Part shown: positions 27,039 through 37,116 of the stretch, piece by piece | How the letters are laid out: each line of letters opens with the position of its first letter | Numbering within the stretch: position 1 is the first letter of the stretch | DNA from: a virus | Strand: one strand, 5' to 3' | DNA: 64,000 nt | IMG/VR virus record: IMGVR_UViG_3300029892_000001 | Notes under the pieces: model-generated | The model's input: the letters and a program-made list of their open reading frames with translations, nothing else | The model's database searches: none | Told to the model about the DNA's origin: nothing | Translations under genes and position numbers: made by a program

Positions 27039-28026
27039 TGTAAGTAGATTCTACGAGATGTAAGTAGGCCGCGTCCAGAGAACGCGACGAGACAAGAGCG
27101 ACAACAGGGTCATCTAATTTTACGGCTACACTCGACCCGCCATCAACCAAGGTCTGAATATCGCGAGCCAATAGATCAGCATACTTCGTAGCGACATCAG
27201 CGACGTCTAGATCCCCGGTATTGCTCGCTCTGTTCGCAAGAACAGTGAACCCTCGCCGAATCCTTTGCAGGTGGGCCACTTTTTGCTCAGGTGACAGATG
27301 TTCGGCCGTCCGACGAAGAATTGAGTCAGCAATGCCCCTGGTGTCTAACACAAGATCAATATGCTCGTGAAGACAGTCGTTGATGTGTTTCTCTAGTTCC
27401 GAACCTCGCGTCCCGCGAAGCAGCTCAACATCTGGACCCATTTCTTTGATGATTTCAGATGAGATCTGCTCTCGAAGCTGTCGTACTTCAGGTCTCATAT
27501 AGAGCTTCATTCTGGAGAACACTTTCCGCATCCGACGGCGAAACTCTTCCCAGTCTTGCTCTCCAGCAATTCTAAGTAGCTCCTTAGCTTCTTCCCCGTG
27601 CCCGGCTTCAGCAAGCTCTTTTGCGATGCTTTGAATCATAATAGCTTGGGTCCCTCCAGCGGGTATTCCTACATAAGGCATGTTCCCGTTGCTAATTCCT
27701 GAAGTACCCCCGTTTTCCTTAGACCTTTGCTGGTCCCTGACTTTCTCTCGTAGTTCCGAAACGCGTTTCTTTTGGCCCTTAGGCCAAAGCTCGCATATGA
27801 TTTGCGTAGCGTTTGGATCCTTGACTAGCTTCTTGTACTGGATTCCATTTTCGTTTAGGTCGTCGAAGAAGGCCTTAGGGGATTGCTCCTTATCCCGACG
27901 AAACTTGAGTACAATAACGTGCGTTCCAGTCAGCGGATCTGGGATAGAGCGCATGTCAATGTACCGAAGGTGGTGAGCCTTCAGCAACTTGACTGCGATT
28001 CCTCTGACATCTACGGAAGCCGGCAC
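27028..28026 (-). CDS. Hypothetical (probable internal head) protein
   Basis: 332 aa; carries the IAKELAEAGHGEEAKELLRIA motif. Confidence 0.7.
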   Translation of the reverse strand: MPASVDVRGIAVKLLKAHHLRYIDMRSIPDPLTGTHVIVLKFRRDKEQSPKAFFDDLNENGIQYKKLVKDPNATQIICELWPKGQKKRVSELREKVRDQQRSKENGGTSGISNGNMPYVGIPAGGTQAIMIQSIAKELAEAGHGEEAKELLRIAGEQDWEEFRRRMRKVFSRMKLYMRPEVRQLREQISSEIIKEMGPDVELLRGTRGSELEKHINDCLHEHIDLVLDTRGIADSILRRTAEHLSPEQKVAHLQRIRRGFTVLANRASNTGDLDVADVATKYADLLARDIQTLVDGGSSVAVKLDDPVVALVSSRSLDAAYLHLVESTYNAR

Positions 28027-28029
28027 GAT

Positions 28030-28419
28030 TCACCTGCGACGACGGGTGCGATTAAACAAAGCAGCTAGGCGTTGAAGGCGTTCTTCATCATCCTCAATCT
28101 GCTTAATCTCCTCGATTTCAATGTGGACCTCTTGCTCCTTCTCGCGCGCAGCTTGAATCGCAGCTTCGGCTTCCTCGTGGACCTTTCGAAGGTCCTCCTG
28201 GAGCTTCTTTTCCTTTTCTGCCATTACAGGGTCAGGAGTTGCAGGCCTCTTTCGTTGCCCTAAAAAGAAAACAATACCGCCGATGAGAGCAGCGCCACCC
28301 AAAATGTAAGCCCAGCATTTCTTCGCGAGATCCGGCTTAAAGACAAAGAGCAGCAGAAGTCCTACAACTACTAGAGAGGCAATCACTATTAGGTAAAGCT
28401 GTTCCATTTGGGGCCTCAA
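28030..28419 (-). CDS. Membrane protein (two hydrophobic segments plus coiled coil); holin- or spanin-like candidate
   Basis: LYLIVIASLVVVGLLLLFVF and YILGGAALIGGIVFFLG followed by a charged coiled coil. Confidence 0.5.
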   Translation of the reverse strand: MRPQMEQLYLIVIASLVVVGLLLLFVFKPDLAKKCWAYILGGAALIGGIVFFLGQRKRPATPDPVMAEKEKKLQEDLRKVHEEAEAAIQAAREKEQEVHIEIEEIKQIEDDEERLQRLAALFNRTRRRR

Positions 28420-28838
28420 ATTAAGATTGGCTCATACGAGGGTAGAACCTTCAGGCTTTCCTCGAACACTCCCTCAACCCAACTTTGCAGAATCACATCC
28501 GACCCTGCTCCTGTAACAGAGACAGTGACCTCATGATACACGAGACCGTCGCCCAAAGACACCGCAGGAAACACGTGCCAGAGCAACTCTCCAGGCCCCA
28601 CCGTCTCGTCAAACAATGAAGTCGTGAATGTTCCTGTCAGCAGAGGATCGTCGCTTACCCCCAAACTCAGAACGTGATTCAACTGAACGCGAACTGAGTC
28701 AGTTAAGGAGGTGTTCCGGAAGAACATCTTTGGCTGCAGAATGGGCGCCACAGGGAGATTGGTCTCAAGAACGAAAGACCTTGAATCGGCTGGAGCTGTC
28801 AATCGAATTGGGTATAGCTGACGTACCGGTGCAAGCAT
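28416..28838 (-). CDS. Hypothetical beta-rich structural protein
   Basis: 140 aa, coupled to neighbours. Confidence 0.55.
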   Translation of the reverse strand: MLAPVRQLYPIRLTAPADSRSFVLETNLPVAPILQPKMFFRNTSLTDSVRVQLNHVLSLGVSDDPLLTGTFTTSLFDETVGPGELLWHVFPAVSLGDGLVYHEVTVSVTGAGSDVILQSWVEGVFEESLKVLPSYEPILI

Positions 28839-29104
28839 CAGAAGCTCCTTGAGAGGCGCTCGACACGAGAGGCCAGCGCAATAAAGTGAGCGGCTTTTCT
28901 GCCTTCAGAAAGAAATGCATACGGAAGGATGTCCTTCTTTCTGCACAGGCGTTCAAAGTGAGACTTCGCCTTTTTCCATTGGTCTCTCATTGACTTCGAC
29001 TCGTAGATATCGTCTGCGAAGTGCTTCACTACGTATCGCCATACCTCCAGTGCTCCTGGGTTGATGGCGGAAGGAGGGTTCTTATATGATGGGGCTCTCT
29101 TCAT
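28838..29104 (-). CDS. Small hypothetical protein; domain shared with 31589-32416
   Basis: PGALEVW...DQWKKA...C...PY. Confidence 0.6.
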   Translation of the reverse strand: MKRAPSYKNPPSAINPGALEVWRYVVKHFADDIYESKSMRDQWKKAKSHFERLCRKKDILPYAFLSEGRKAAHFIALASRVERLSRSF

Positions 29105-29541
29105 ATCTCCTCCTCCATACGTCGTCTGCTTCTGAGTTCTCCATTTGCATTCGACACTGTGTCTAATTGCTGCTGCAGTGGGATGAACGGAATCTCAGCT
29201 TGTGTGACAGGAATTGTTTTCTTCAGGACCCCGGCTCCCTGCTGAGATATAGGAGCCTCTACTTCAACTGAAATCTTCATATCTCGATTGAACGGAGGGT
29301 GAAGAAATTGGAAGATGAAATCCCCATCTGCGCCTTCTCCGTTACCGAACCTTCGATCGAACTCGATTGTTCTAACTACTTGGTTTCGGTAGAGAAGCTT
29401 ACATGTCCCTGACTTTACGTGGCCGGGGAAACCCAACTCAAGTTGGGGGTCCATGACGTAGACCACCACAAGAACCGTGTCACCGTCTTCGATGTACTCG
29501 GCTTTTCCGTCAAGAATCAGTTGTTTAGGTTCGACGGCCAA
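29101..29541 (-). CDS. Hypothetical beta-rich structural protein
   Basis: 146-aa ORF. Confidence 0.55.
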   Translation of the reverse strand: MAVEPKQLILDGKAEYIEDGDTVLVVVYVMDPQLELGFPGHVKSGTCKLLYRNQVVRTIEFDRRFGNGEGADGDFIFQFLHPPFNRDMKISVEVEAPISQQGAGVLKKTIPVTQAEIPFIPLQQQLDTVSNANGELRSRRRMEEEI

Positions 29542-29544
29542 AGT

Positions 29545-29955
29545 TTATGTCGCCAGAGTTGGCGCCTTGAATGTAGTACCCTGAGACCCTACTGTGATGT
29601 TGCGACTGCGGTAAATGATTGTGTCGGGGCGACTGACGATCAACGTGACTCGCTCAACATTCGTGCCAGCGGCAGCATCGTAAGAGTACGTGATCGTTAG
29701 CTCGTACAGCTCAAACTCTGCAGGGCTCAAATCTATCGGAGCAGAGTAAAGAAATGAGCTTCCGGGGACCAAGGCCAAATTGACTTCTCCAAGGGTACCC
29801 ATGGTCAAATCTTTAACCATGGCTCCTGTGTTGGGGTCCACACGGAAGAATTCGCAAAGGGGACCTGCGTCCGGAGTGACAAGAGAACCGTTGGTTCTTT
29901 TCGTTACCACACTCACTGCGGAGAAGCCTTGGTCTTTGTACGCGATAATAGTCAC
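29545..29955 (-). CDS. Ig-like / BppU-N-like structural protein
   Basis: Beta-strand pattern similar to the N-terminus of 60891-62027. Confidence 0.45.
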   Translation of the reverse strand: MTIIAYKDQGFSAVSVVTKRTNGSLVTPDAGPLCEFFRVDPNTGAMVKDLTMGTLGEVNLALVPGSSFLYSAPIDLSPAEFELYELTITYSYDAAAGTNVERVTLIVSRPDTIIYRSRNITVGSQGTTFKAPTLAT

Positions 29956-31589
29956 GAGCCAACCTCCTCCAGCGTAAGGGGCAGCTCATCCTGGTCGATG
30001 CTCCTATTAAAGCCCCGCTCAATCCGTGTATGCTGCTCCATAGCTTCGATGTCTGCATTCACAGATTCAATGGCATCTTCAATTCCTGCTCTATTCTTCA
30101 CGACGCGGGGGATGCTGGCAGGACGGGGGAAGTACAGCGCTGCTCCAGTTTTAGTGCGAACGATCTCCGGAACTTGGCCCATAATTCCAGCAAAGTCCTT
30201 CTTGTGGTCCTTCAGGATTTCCACAAGATGGTCGCGGAACGTGTTCCCTTCTGCGTCCTTCTGGTCGTCTGACGGGGCGTTGGCCCACAGAATCATCATC
30301 CTGTACTTGTCGTCGAAATCAACAAACCCAGAGAACCTAGACTTTCGGATGAGTTCCAATGAAATCTTCGAGATATGTTTACCGATGTGTTCGTCTTCCC
30401 GAATCTCAACGGAAGGAAACGCATCATCGATTTGATCAGGGGTGAAGGGCAGTTTTACGAGCCTGACAATAGGACCGCCTTCCTTGCTAGGCTGCGAGAT
30501 TTCATTGAGAAGTTTGCTCTCTGCCTCAAACTGTTCGAGGCTACGCGCTCCTCTCAGCAATCCACGAGTCCCGTTAGTGCGGTCCGCTAACAAATCAGCA
30601 ACCTTCTCTAGTAGGTCCTTGCGCTGACTGCTTAGGGTGACTTTGTTACCCGACCATACGGACGAAATCTGTCCCTTCGCCTTTTCTTCCACTCTCGCAA
30701 CCAATTCTTGTGCCTCGCTAAGGCTGTCGTCAGGGAAGACAACCTTGACTTGGATTGATGACGGCGAAGAAATGAGGGTGGAAATATACTCATACTTGGA
30801 GTTGTCCTCCAGTCGCCATTTAGGCCGTGCAGACACAACTGCGTTGGACAACGGCATTACGTCTTTCTCCGCAACGGCATACCAGCGCTCGCTATCAACC
30901 GCTTCGCCTTGAAGGTGATAGATCGTAATGACCGGACCTTCGGCGGAGGTACCGACAGACTTGTTGATAAGAGCTGCTACTTCATCGTAGCGCTTGTCCA
31001 AGAACTCGTTACGACCCTTTCCTGCACGGGAATCATCGCCGCCAACAGAGTAGGCCTGGCCCTCGGTTTCAAGCTTCTTGATGGAAGCAATGAGTTGCTC
31101 AACCAGAGCTGTTAGCTCCGCTCCTGTGTGCTTCGAGACAGCACGGCCTAGATTGTCCTGCACATGCCCGTCGTCGTGCATTCGAAGCTCGTAGAATCTC
31201 TCTCGTAGTCGGCGCAAAGGCCGATCTAGCGCACGTGCTTCGCCTCCGTCAAAATTCTTTGAGTCATTTCTAAATGACCCTCCAGTAACACTCTTAACCC
31301 ATTCATAGCGTCTTTTGAAGTTGGGTAGCTTGAACCCTCGAACTTCTAAGTCCTGGTAGATCTGTTCAAGAATCTTGACGGGCTGCTCTGCAGCGGAGAC
31401 GTTCTCTGACTTTAAGTTGTCATGGGCGAACAAAATCGAAAGTACAGAACTAAGGTCCTTGTCGAAAAGCGTAGGATCCCCAACAAGGTTGGCAACAGTT
31501 GCTAGACGAATGTTTGGATTCGTCAGAATCTCATAGGCGAGTTTCTGGAGGAAAATCGCACGCTGCTCTAATAGAGTCTTAGCAGACAT
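29952..31589 (-). CDS. Hypothetical (probable virion) protein, about 545 aa
   Basis: Start moved to ATG 31589 (TAATG coupling). Confidence 0.7.
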   Translation of the reverse strand: MSAKTLLEQRAIFLQKLAYEILTNPNIRLATVANLVGDPTLFDKDLSSVLSILFAHDNLKSENVSAAEQPVKILEQIYQDLEVRGFKLPNFKRRYEWVKSVTGGSFRNDSKNFDGGEARALDRPLRRLRERFYELRMHDDGHVQDNLGRAVSKHTGAELTALVEQLIASIKKLETEGQAYSVGGDDSRAGKGRNEFLDKRYDEVAALINKSVGTSAEGPVITIYHLQGEAVDSERWYAVAEKDVMPLSNAVVSARPKWRLEDNSKYEYISTLISSPSSIQVKVVFPDDSLSEAQELVARVEEKAKGQISSVWSGNKVTLSSQRKDLLEKVADLLADRTNGTRGLLRGARSLEQFEAESKLLNEISQPSKEGGPIVRLVKLPFTPDQIDDAFPSVEIREDEHIGKHISKISLELIRKSRFSGFVDFDDKYRMMILWANAPSDDQKDAEGNTFRDHLVEILKDHKKDFAGIMGQVPEIVRTKTGAALYFPRPASIPRVVKNRAGIEDAIESVNADIEAMEQHTRIERGFNRSIDQDELPLTLEEVGS

Positions 31590-32416
31590 TAGATTCCCTT
31601 GGGAGTCTTGGGACGAATTGAATTCCATGGACCAACATCATATCCATCCCGTACCAGTTGGTCGTAAAGCTTCTTGAGAAGCCTAGAAGCCGGTCGAGAC
31701 ATTGTGTAGCCATCATAGCAGAGGCTATTGTGCATCTCGTGAAGAGAGCGCTTCAGAGAATTCTGCGCATGCATTGACGATGATGCGGCAGGACTCTTGT
31801 ACGCGGGAACGCCATCTCGGGCGCATTCCTTCAGCCAAAACTTATGCGCCAGTGCCCATTGGTCTGCAAGGCCCTTTGGCTTGAAGATCACTTTCCTGCG
31901 TTTGGGGTCTCGCAAAACACGATTCCAGCACTTGGCGGCCTCTGGACTGGCCCCGTCCGGAGGATTTCCGACCTTAGGCCGGGTCCCCTTCGCTGCCCTC
32001 GCGAGCCTCAGCCTGGTTACTAGTGGCATAGCCGCAGCTTCTGCCATTACTTCTTTGATCTGCGCGGTCTCTGCTTGTAATGACAATGGCGCAAGGGGTC
32101 TATTAAGAAAGCCTTTCTCCTTCAGCCATGAAGTCCCTTCTTCTAAGTCATTGGGATTCCAAGCCGCTGCCAACGCCTCTTGCAGGTGGTCCAGTCGAAC
32201 CTTGTTCTGGACGTACACCTTTGCCATGTTCTTCATCTGATTCGGGTCCTCGACTCCCATGAGTCGAAGCCTCCCGAGGAACTGCGCATAGTAGTCCTCC
32301 GGAAGAATACCCAATAGCTTTAGCCAGGCGTCCTCTTCCTCTGCGATCTTCCACAGAAGGTCCTTAGGGGCGTACAGGACCGCCTTTTTCTGCTGATCTA
32401 GAGGAAGGACTTCCAT
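31589..32416 (-). CDS. Hypothetical protein
   Basis: 275 aa; TGATG coupling. Confidence 0.65.
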   Translation of the reverse strand: MEVLPLDQQKKAVLYAPKDLLWKIAEEEDAWLKLLGILPEDYYAQFLGRLRLMGVEDPNQMKNMAKVYVQNKVRLDHLQEALAAAWNPNDLEEGTSWLKEKGFLNRPLAPLSLQAETAQIKEVMAEAAAMPLVTRLRLARAAKGTRPKVGNPPDGASPEAAKCWNRVLRDPKRRKVIFKPKGLADQWALAHKFWLKECARDGVPAYKSPAASSSMHAQNSLKRSLHEMHNSLCYDGYTMSRPASRLLKKLYDQLVRDGYDVGPWNSIRPKTPKGI

Positions 32417-32943
32417 CAGACAAACTCACGAAGCAATGCGATTTCAGCCCGAGCATCATTTACCATTTGGACCGCCTTGACCAACTCTGGATTAGGAGTC
32501 TTCTTGTGATCCGCAACTGCTTGCACAGAAGCCATTACTAGCTGCGTGGCGATGCTCTTTGCGTTCTTAATGCGGGCGCGACGCAGGCTCTTTTCTACGG
32601 CAACGATTGTTTTAAGTGTCCTGGCCTTTGTGTACTCTGTCGAGGCAGACTTGGCCCCATCTTGAGCCTGCGCCATCTGCGTGAGCATGCTAGCTACGTT
32701 CTGCGCAATCTGACCCCAGGCATCCGGTGGGATGGCCTTGATGACCTGCATAAGCTTTGGCCCCAACCGAGAAAGGGCTGGACCAAGACCTCGGACTAGA
32801 GCCATTAGGGCAGGATGTGCCGTTTTCTCTACGTCAGCCTTTACGAGTTGACGTAGACGCTTAGCAGCCGTGAGTAGCCGCTTTTCTTCTGAGTTTAGGT
32901 TTGCCATTGCTTCCGTACCCACTTTCCGTTGTGTTTCTCCCAA
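32416..32943 (-). CDS. Hypothetical basic helical (probable internal head) protein
   Basis: 175 aa; start could be ATG 32907. Confidence 0.6.
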   Translation of the reverse strand: MGETQRKVGTEAMANLNSEEKRLLTAAKRLRQLVKADVEKTAHPALMALVRGLGPALSRLGPKLMQVIKAIPPDAWGQIAQNVASMLTQMAQAQDGAKSASTEYTKARTLKTIVAVEKSLRRARIKNAKSIATQLVMASVQAVADHKKTPNPELVKAVQMVNDARAEIALLREFV

Positions 32944-32963
32944 AATGATGCTTCAACGCGATC

Positions 32964-34397
32964 TCAAATTCTTTCGTGAAGCGGCAACTTGCGAGTAAAC
33001 TTAGGCTCCTCAACAATAACCTGGGTTTGGGGAGATTTCACATACGTAACAATGTGTTCATCAGTGCCCTCGAACCCCGGGCCCAGGGCCTCTTTATCCT
33101 CTGGCTCTTCCTCTTCTTCAGACTTAGAGGAGTCGAAATCCAAGAACTTTGAAAGTCGATTAGAAATGTTTGTGAGGCCTCGATCTCGGGCAACAGCGCT
33201 CACAAAACGCAGTGTCGTGGCAGCCGACTTTGGCATGTAGACGACAACTGGACGATAGAAGAGTTGAAATTCGTCAGGACCAGCGCCAATAACTTGGTTG
33301 ATTTCCAGTTCTTGGTCTGCATTCTTAGTTACCAACATCACCGTCTTGCCTTCCAACTCATCGAAACGGCGTGCCTGTTTTGGCTCTTTAAGACGGAGCC
33401 GCATGCTCCCTTCCCTGTTTCCAATTCCAACGACGTGAATTGGGATTTGGATCTCCCCAAACTGGAGATATGGCTTTGGTACGCTGCCCCCTTCTCGAAG
33501 CGAACCTTCTGTGAGAGGGATTGGGAACTTACGTGTTTTGCCTAAATTGAGTGTAAGATGGTCTACGTTCCATGCGAGAGATTTGGGTACGGAACGAGGA
33601 GACGGGTCGTGGTTATACGACAACGTCAAATGTGGCTTATAGTTCTTGAGAGCAAATGTGGTGTCGACTTTCCCTGGAAAGTAGTGCTCACACATCTCTA
33701 CCACCAGATCGTGGTAATCTTTGAGGCCCTCGCTCAGAATCTTGGCAACGTGTGGATACGTTCCGTCCTCTTGCTGGTTGGGGAATACGGTACCACCGTC
33801 AATCATTACGTCGAAACTTCCCACAATGTCAGCAGCTTCTGCTGCGATAGGCAATATCTTTTCGACGTCTTCGGGAGAGAGCTTAGGGAAAAAGCAGACT
33901 GTGATATGAGGATCGTACGGAAGGTCCTCAGAAATTGGCAACTGTTCTACGATATTTGCCGGCACGGGAACGCCTATGATGCCACTCTCTTCGAAGTCCG
34001 CAATAATAGGCTTCTGGTCTTGTGCTGAGAAGGCAAACGTCATTACGAACGGGGAGTCCAAGTATCGCTCTGTCGTTGCGCCTTTTGGAAGTTCTGTCAT
34101 ACCAGAAAGTAGACCAATGAATTCATCCGTACCGACCTTGAACCGAACCATAGAGCCGATTTTGGCTGCAGCAGTACGCTGAATGTGACCGATTTCCGAA
34201 GGTCCTTGGTCTCGATCATGCGACCAAGTGAATTCGATTCGGAGGGTTCCTCCTGAGGCCTTTACGTTCAAAACTGTTCCGTCAAAAGACTGAGAATCGA
34301 GAGCCATAGTTGTCTCTCGATTTCGATACTTCGTCAGAACTCGTTCAGCAGACTTGGGGTCTGTAACCTTGTCTGCAGATAAAAACCGGAAGCCCAT
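32964..34397 (-). CDS. Multidomain protein with central 2H phosphoesterase (2'-5' RNA ligase / Acb1-like) domain
   Basis: Two HxT motifs: DPHITVCF and KPHLTLSY. Confidence 0.8.
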   Translation of the reverse strand: MGFRFLSADKVTDPKSAERVLTKYRNRETTMALDSQSFDGTVLNVKASGGTLRIEFTWSHDRDQGPSEIGHIQRTAAAKIGSMVRFKVGTDEFIGLLSGMTELPKGATTERYLDSPFVMTFAFSAQDQKPIIADFEESGIIGVPVPANIVEQLPISEDLPYDPHITVCFFPKLSPEDVEKILPIAAEAADIVGSFDVMIDGGTVFPNQQEDGTYPHVAKILSEGLKDYHDLVVEMCEHYFPGKVDTTFALKNYKPHLTLSYNHDPSPRSVPKSLAWNVDHLTLNLGKTRKFPIPLTEGSLREGGSVPKPYLQFGEIQIPIHVVGIGNREGSMRLRLKEPKQARRFDELEGKTVMLVTKNADQELEINQVIGAGPDEFQLFYRPVVVYMPKSAATTLRFVSAVARDRGLTNISNRLSKFLDFDSSKSEEEEEPEDKEALGPGFEGTDEHIVTYVKSPQTQVIVEEPKFTRKLPLHERI

Positions 34398-34400
34398 AAA

Positions 34401-35063
34401 TCACCTGTTAAGGGCCTGGTCTGCAATCCGGTCTAGGCCATCCATCCATCGACGGCACATTCCTGCGTTAGACACGTAGAAGGTCTGTCTGTCAAGGGTG
34501 TACGCACAGATGCCATCAATGGAGAACTCCTCCATGAGTGTCCGACCATCATTGGTAACTATGGGCTCTCTAGTCAGCCCGTGATTCTCAAGTTTTGCCC
34601 ACGTCAGAGGCTTCGGAAGCGAGACGTTAACACCACTTTTGCGTACTGCTTCAGGGTCGGAGGGCTTGATAGAAAACTGGTAGCACTGCTTGCTTCTCAG
34701 ATATTCCATCAGGCGTACTGTGGCGTGTGCGTCCAGGCCTGTCGGGGGTTTGGTTTTGAGCAACGTGCATAGCCCTCCCATACACACGAGATGCTTGGAC
34801 TTGGAAACGGGGCTCGTTGGCTTCGGTTGCGTAGCTGGAGGGGTTGACATCACCTTTTCTCTGAAGGCGTACCCCTCTGATTCTAAAGCCTTCCGAATAC
34901 GCATCATCAATCGAAAAGCTCTGTCTCGCTTTGTGTAGTCGCTACTTTCAACAAAGTGAACTAGCAATTCATCATATGCATTCTCAACGTCCTTGGAGTA
35001 CTTGCGCTTAACCTTCTTTTTTGGCGCGGCAAGGACCATGAGGCGTTCAACAATTTCATGCAT
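34401..35063 (-). CDS. Hypothetical protein, about 220 aa
   Basis: Start moved to ATG 35063 (MHEIVERL), overlapping the upstream stop. Confidence 0.6.
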   Translation of the reverse strand: MHEIVERLMVLAAPKKKVKRKYSKDVENAYDELLVHFVESSDYTKRDRAFRLMMRIRKALESEGYAFREKVMSTPPATQPKPTSPVSKSKHLVCMGGLCTLLKTKPPTGLDAHATVRLMEYLRSKQCYQFSIKPSDPEAVRKSGVNVSLPKPLTWAKLENHGLTREPIVTNDGRTLMEEFSIDGICAYTLDRQTFYVSNAGMCRRWMDGLDRIADQALNR

Positions 35064-35415
35064 GCTCGCCTCCCATTCGAGACAGATTTCTACGGAGCCT
35101 TTGCAGGTAAGAGACGGCCTGAGCACAACGATCGGCCTTTTCGGCAGAAGCAATCTTGTTTGCCGAGAACATCTCGTTAACTGCATCACTAGATTCTATC
35201 GCAGCGAAAATCTCTTCGTAAACTCGATGAATCACTGCTACATCATCAGTATGGCCTGTTGCAGCCGCTAAGAACTCTGCGCCCGCTACTGCGGCAGAAG
35301 CAATTAGCGACCTCGGTGAGGTCTGTTCAATGTCTTCAACCAAATTCCGAAGCTGTTCGAGGCGATCCAGATTATGGGCCACCTTCAAGAACCGCTTCTC
35401 AAGGTCAGGTCTCAT
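35056..35415 (-). CDS. Small hypothetical (probable internal head) protein
   Basis: Start ATG 35415 (MRPDLEKRFLKVA). Confidence 0.6.
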   Translation of the reverse strand: MRPDLEKRFLKVAHNLDRLEQLRNLVEDIEQTSPRSLIASAAVAGAEFLAAATGHTDDVAVIHRVYEEIFAAIESSDAVNEMFSANKIASAEKADRCAQAVSYLQRLRRNLSRMGGEHA

Positions 35416-35674
35416 TTTTAGCTCCAAGGTTCGAGACAAGCCTCTCGTGACGTTCAAGAACGTAACTAAGGCGCTGAGCCTGCTTACGATTCTCTCGAAT
35501 AGCACGCGCTAGTAGATCGACGTCACGTGTCTCAAGACCCTTTTTCATCTCTTCTGCGGTGGCATTCCACGCGTTTGAGAACTGAGCCATATTCTTTACG
35601 AGATCTTCATAGTAGCGGAAGACTTTCATTGCCTCTGCCACCCGAAGAATCCTTGTCTTTAGCTCCGGACGCAT
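35405..35674 (-). CDS. Small hypothetical (probable internal head) protein
   Basis: MRPELKTRILRVA; N-terminus matches the next gene. Confidence 0.6.
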   Translation of the reverse strand: MRPELKTRILRVAEAMKVFRYYEDLVKNMAQFSNAWNATAEEMKKGLETRDVDLLARAIRENRKQAQRLSYVLERHERLVSNLGAKNET

Positions 35675-35706
35675 CGTGCACAGGCTCCTTCAGGGCATAA
35701 ATACGA

Positions 35707-35741
35707 AGCGGGAGTGTAGAGACGAACTCCACACTCCCGCT
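35707..35741 (-). terminator. Hairpin downstream of the major capsid gene (terminator or stabiliser)
   Basis: AGCGGGAGTGTAGAG-ACGAA-CTCCACACTCCCGCT; the single mismatch is G-U on the - strand; weak U-tract. Confidence 0.6.
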
Positions 35742-35773
35742 GCGGGTTGAGGAATTTACTTCCTCAAGTGAGA

Positions 35774-36904
35774 TTAGACGCGGACGCCACGGTTGACGGC
35801 ACGACCATTCACGATTACCTGGCCCTGGATCTGCTCCATGAACCAGCCACGAGCCGGGCGGCCCATGTTGTACTGGTCAATGGCACGAGAGTCCAGCTCC
35901 TTGCGCTGCGTGATGGTTCCGAGCGTCACGGGGGAGGCCGTCACGTAAACCTCACCAGGCTGAAGAACCTGCAAGGTTTCGTAGCGGTAACCATCCGTGA
36001 TGATCTCCATTCCAAGCATGGAGCCAAGGCGACCCTCAAGGATCAACTCATGCTTGTGGACCTGATCCCACCAAGCCACGAAGTCGGCGTCGGCGATGAT
36101 GTCATCCCAGATATCCCAGGCGATTACCATCGTTGCAGCCGGCGTACCCCAGCGGTTAACCTGAGTACGAAGCGTGGTAAGAACAGATGGGTTGAATGTC
36201 GTGAAGAGCACCAAGTCGTTGAACGTGGTTGCTGCGCGGTTCAAAAGAGCGCGGGTGATGAGGTCTTCACGACGAAGGATTGCCTCTAGACCATCCTGGA
36301 ACTTCTCGTCGAGAATGTCCGTTGAGGCCTGCTCGATTTCCTTGTCCTCGATAAGGATGTGTGCCGCAAGGTAGAACTCGGGCGGGTATACCCAAGGCTG
36401 ACGAATGCGCTGCTCCTGGACCTTGACGTCAGTCGTGATCTGGAACGCAACAACGTCCTTACGACGAACCTTGACTCGGCCGGTCTGACCCTTTGCAAGG
36501 GGCATAACCGAAAGGAGTCGACGAGAGAAGCCTTCACGGCCCAACGTCTCCCAGATCTCCTCCGAGATGACCTCTCCGAGAACCTGGAACTTGGATCCAG
36601 ACTTGTCGTAGTAGGCCTCACGAAGGTGGGCAAGACGCTGCATCGACTCTTCAGCCGAAGCATGGCGCTGGGTTACAACATTCTCCCGAGCCTGATGCAG
36701 AACGTTGCCGATAACCTGCATAAGCTCGCGCTTCGAAGAAGCGTTTAGCTCACCATTGCGACCAAATGCGGGTCCAGCAGAAAGCTGAGTACGGCCGCCA
36801 GCCAGACGAACACCACCTCGAAGACCATCCTCAGAGGTTGCGGGAACGTCCGGAGCCTGCCGCATTACCTTCACACCGGGACCAGAAGCGTACGGGTTTG
36901 CCAT
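35774..36904 (-). CDS. Major capsid protein (HK97-fold type)
   Basis: 376 aa from ATG 36904; follows protease-scaffold-decoration; DGLEAILRREDL, G.LG...GMEIITDG, QPGEVYV patterns. Confidence 0.85.
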   Translation of the reverse strand: MANPYASGPGVKVMRQAPDVPATSEDGLRGGVRLAGGRTQLSAGPAFGRNGELNASSKRELMQVIGNVLHQARENVVTQRHASAEESMQRLAHLREAYYDKSGSKFQVLGEVISEEIWETLGREGFSRRLLSVMPLAKGQTGRVKVRRKDVVAFQITTDVKVQEQRIRQPWVYPPEFYLAAHILIEDKEIEQASTDILDEKFQDGLEAILRREDLITRALLNRAATTFNDLVLFTTFNPSVLTTLRTQVNRWGTPAATMVIAWDIWDDIIADADFVAWWDQVHKHELILEGRLGSMLGMEIITDGYRYETLQVLQPGEVYVTASPVTLGTITQRKELDSRAIDQYNMGRPARGWFMEQIQGQVIVNGRAVNRGVRV

Positions 36905-37116
36905 TGTTATTCTCACTTCAGAGAAAAGGGGTTGGTTGTTGGAAACTCTCTACTTCAGTCTTTTTCGAGCTTGGTTTGGAAGGAGAGCCCTGTCTCCTAA
37001 AGGCAATCTCATACTAGCTTCTTGAGTCCCGGCATGTATTCCGGGTAAGACTTTCTCGAACATGAATCACATAAGAGAATGACTTTAAGAAGTCTTTCTC
37101 CGTGGTCGAAGAAAAA

